DNA from: Azolla caroliniana | Lineage: Eukaryota > Plantae > Polypodiophyta | Assembly (NCBI GenBank): GCA_043228905.1 | Contig: JBHGNT010000012.1 | Coordinates: 17,608,001 to 17,672,000 of the forward strand | Length of the DNA: 64,000 nt | Direction of reading: 5' to 3' | Shown: piece by piece, positions 62,559 through 64,000 of the stretch | Position numbering within the stretch: position 1 is the stretch's first letter | Layout: the number at the start of each line of letters is the position of its first letter | Position numbers and translations under genes: made by a program | Notes under the pieces: model-generated | What the model saw: the letters and a program-made list of their open reading frames with translations, nothing else | The model's database searches: none | What the model was told of the DNA's origin: nothing

Positions 62559-64000
62559 TGTAAAGAATCAAGAGTGATTCTGTGTAGCGGAAGGACTGTG
62601 TGTGTGAGTGTGTGTGCACAATAGAGAATGAGAGAGAGAGAGAGAGAGAGAGCTCTAATCAAGAAACTGTATATTATATCCAACAGTAACTAAGTTACAA
62701 AAGGTTGGTTTAAATACCAACTAGTCTAGGGCAAATGCCCTTTTTACTAATTACAAAAATGTCCTAGTAAGTTGTCCACCGACTAGTGTGAACACTATTC
62801 CTATGGGAAGTTGAGTTCGATTCTCAACATGCCCCTTCGAACACAACTTTCGGATGTCAAAAGGTTGTTTTGGTTCGGTTTTCAAAATACTTCGATTTGG
62901 TTGAATCGGCTTCAATTTCAGTTTTCGACATGGCTTACGATTTTGATTGTTCGATTCTCCTTGTTCGGCTATTCGATTGTTTGTTCGTACATCGACTCCT
63001 CTGGTCGGCTTCAATCGATTGATCGGTTACTATTTGGCATCGGCTGGTACTTAGCTGGTATCGTGTCATGTGATGTACTCCCCCTCAAGCTTGGCAATGT
63101 AGAGACCGTGAGACCAGGGTCTGATGCAAATTGGCCGAGCTTGTCGATACCCAAGGCTTTTGTGAAGATGTCGGCCACATGACGATTCGTGTTGATGTGG
63201 TATAGGTCAACATCTCCGGCTTGTACACGCTCACGAATGAAGTGATAGCGTACTTCGATGTGTTTAGTCCGCGCATGGAACACAAGGTTCCGAGCCAGGT
63301 AGATATTGCTCATGTTGTCGTAGTATAGGTGAATTGGATCCTTGATGGGTGCACCCAGATCCTTCAGGATACGCTTGAGCCATATGGCTTCCGTGCTCGA
63401 CAATGCGAATGTCGGTTGCTTCCTACTGCTCCAAGAGATCACTCCGCTGTCAAGGGAGAAGACCAATCCGGAAGTCGATCGTCTATCGGCCTTATAGCCG
63501 GCCCAGTCTACGTTTGTGTACCTTTCGAGTCGAATAAGAGTATTCAACTTATACATGATGTCGTAATGTCGTGATCTTTGCCACTAGGGCAAAGGTCTCC
63601 TCGTAATCAACTCCGTGTGTTTGTGCATATCCTTTTGCGAAGAGTCGTGCTTTGAAGTGATTTACGGAGCCATCGACATTGTATTTGACCTTACAGATTC
63701 ATCTTCAACCAATTTCTTTCTTGTGAGGTGAATGGGGAACAAGATCCCACATCTCGTTTTTGCACAAGGCCTGCATTTCTTCATTCATCACATTGACCCA
63801 TCGCGGGTCCTTCACGGCTTTGGAAAATGTTTCTGGCTCTCGGACAATTGCTACCTTCATCATAAAGGCGTAATGATACGATATATACTCATCGTAGCCG
63901 AAACGGCTTACGGGGTTCTTTTCATGGGTAGATCGGGGTAGCTTCTCGTTTGTGAATACTAAGGCTTTCTTCGCTCCATTTGTCCGTATGTCGAGGCCTT
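62559..64000 (-). mobile_element. Ty1/copia 3' part with most of RT deleted, related to 36999-42401
   Basis: RNase H at 63011-63556 (DWAG...RRSTSG, HARTKHIEVRYH) and RT N-terminus ([22 protein letters not shown]). Probable LTR 62559-62829 with an adjacent PPT-like AAGGGGCA. Confidence 0.85.

Overview
Plant nuclear DNA, most likely from a fern or another seed-free vascular plant. That is an inference from Tcn1-like chromoviruses, tRNA-Trp-primed LTR elements and a PLS-type PPR relic. About two thirds of the window is nested, mostly decayed retrotransposons: three Ty1/copia pieces (one young, with both LTRs and a TSD, at 36999-42401), two chromovirus families (C and D), a non-chromovirus Ty3/gypsy family (F), non-autonomous tRNA-Trp-primed elements (A and B), solo LTRs, and LINE and hAT relics. 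Two host genes look intact: an intronless leucine-rich-repeat extensin (23818-25428) and a three-exon plastid thioredoxin f (54472-56028). The three most notable observations are: (1) a gypsy element whose 3' polypurine tract is replaced by a copy of the tRNA-Arg 3' end, which suggests tRNA-primed plus-strand synthesis; (2) antisense tRNA-like Pol III A-box/B-box cassettes with canonical spacing near the U3 end of LTRs from three families; (3) a 147-bp MITE-like insertion built from two inverted chromovirus U3 ends with a 5-bp TSD. Family letters A-F are my own working labels.
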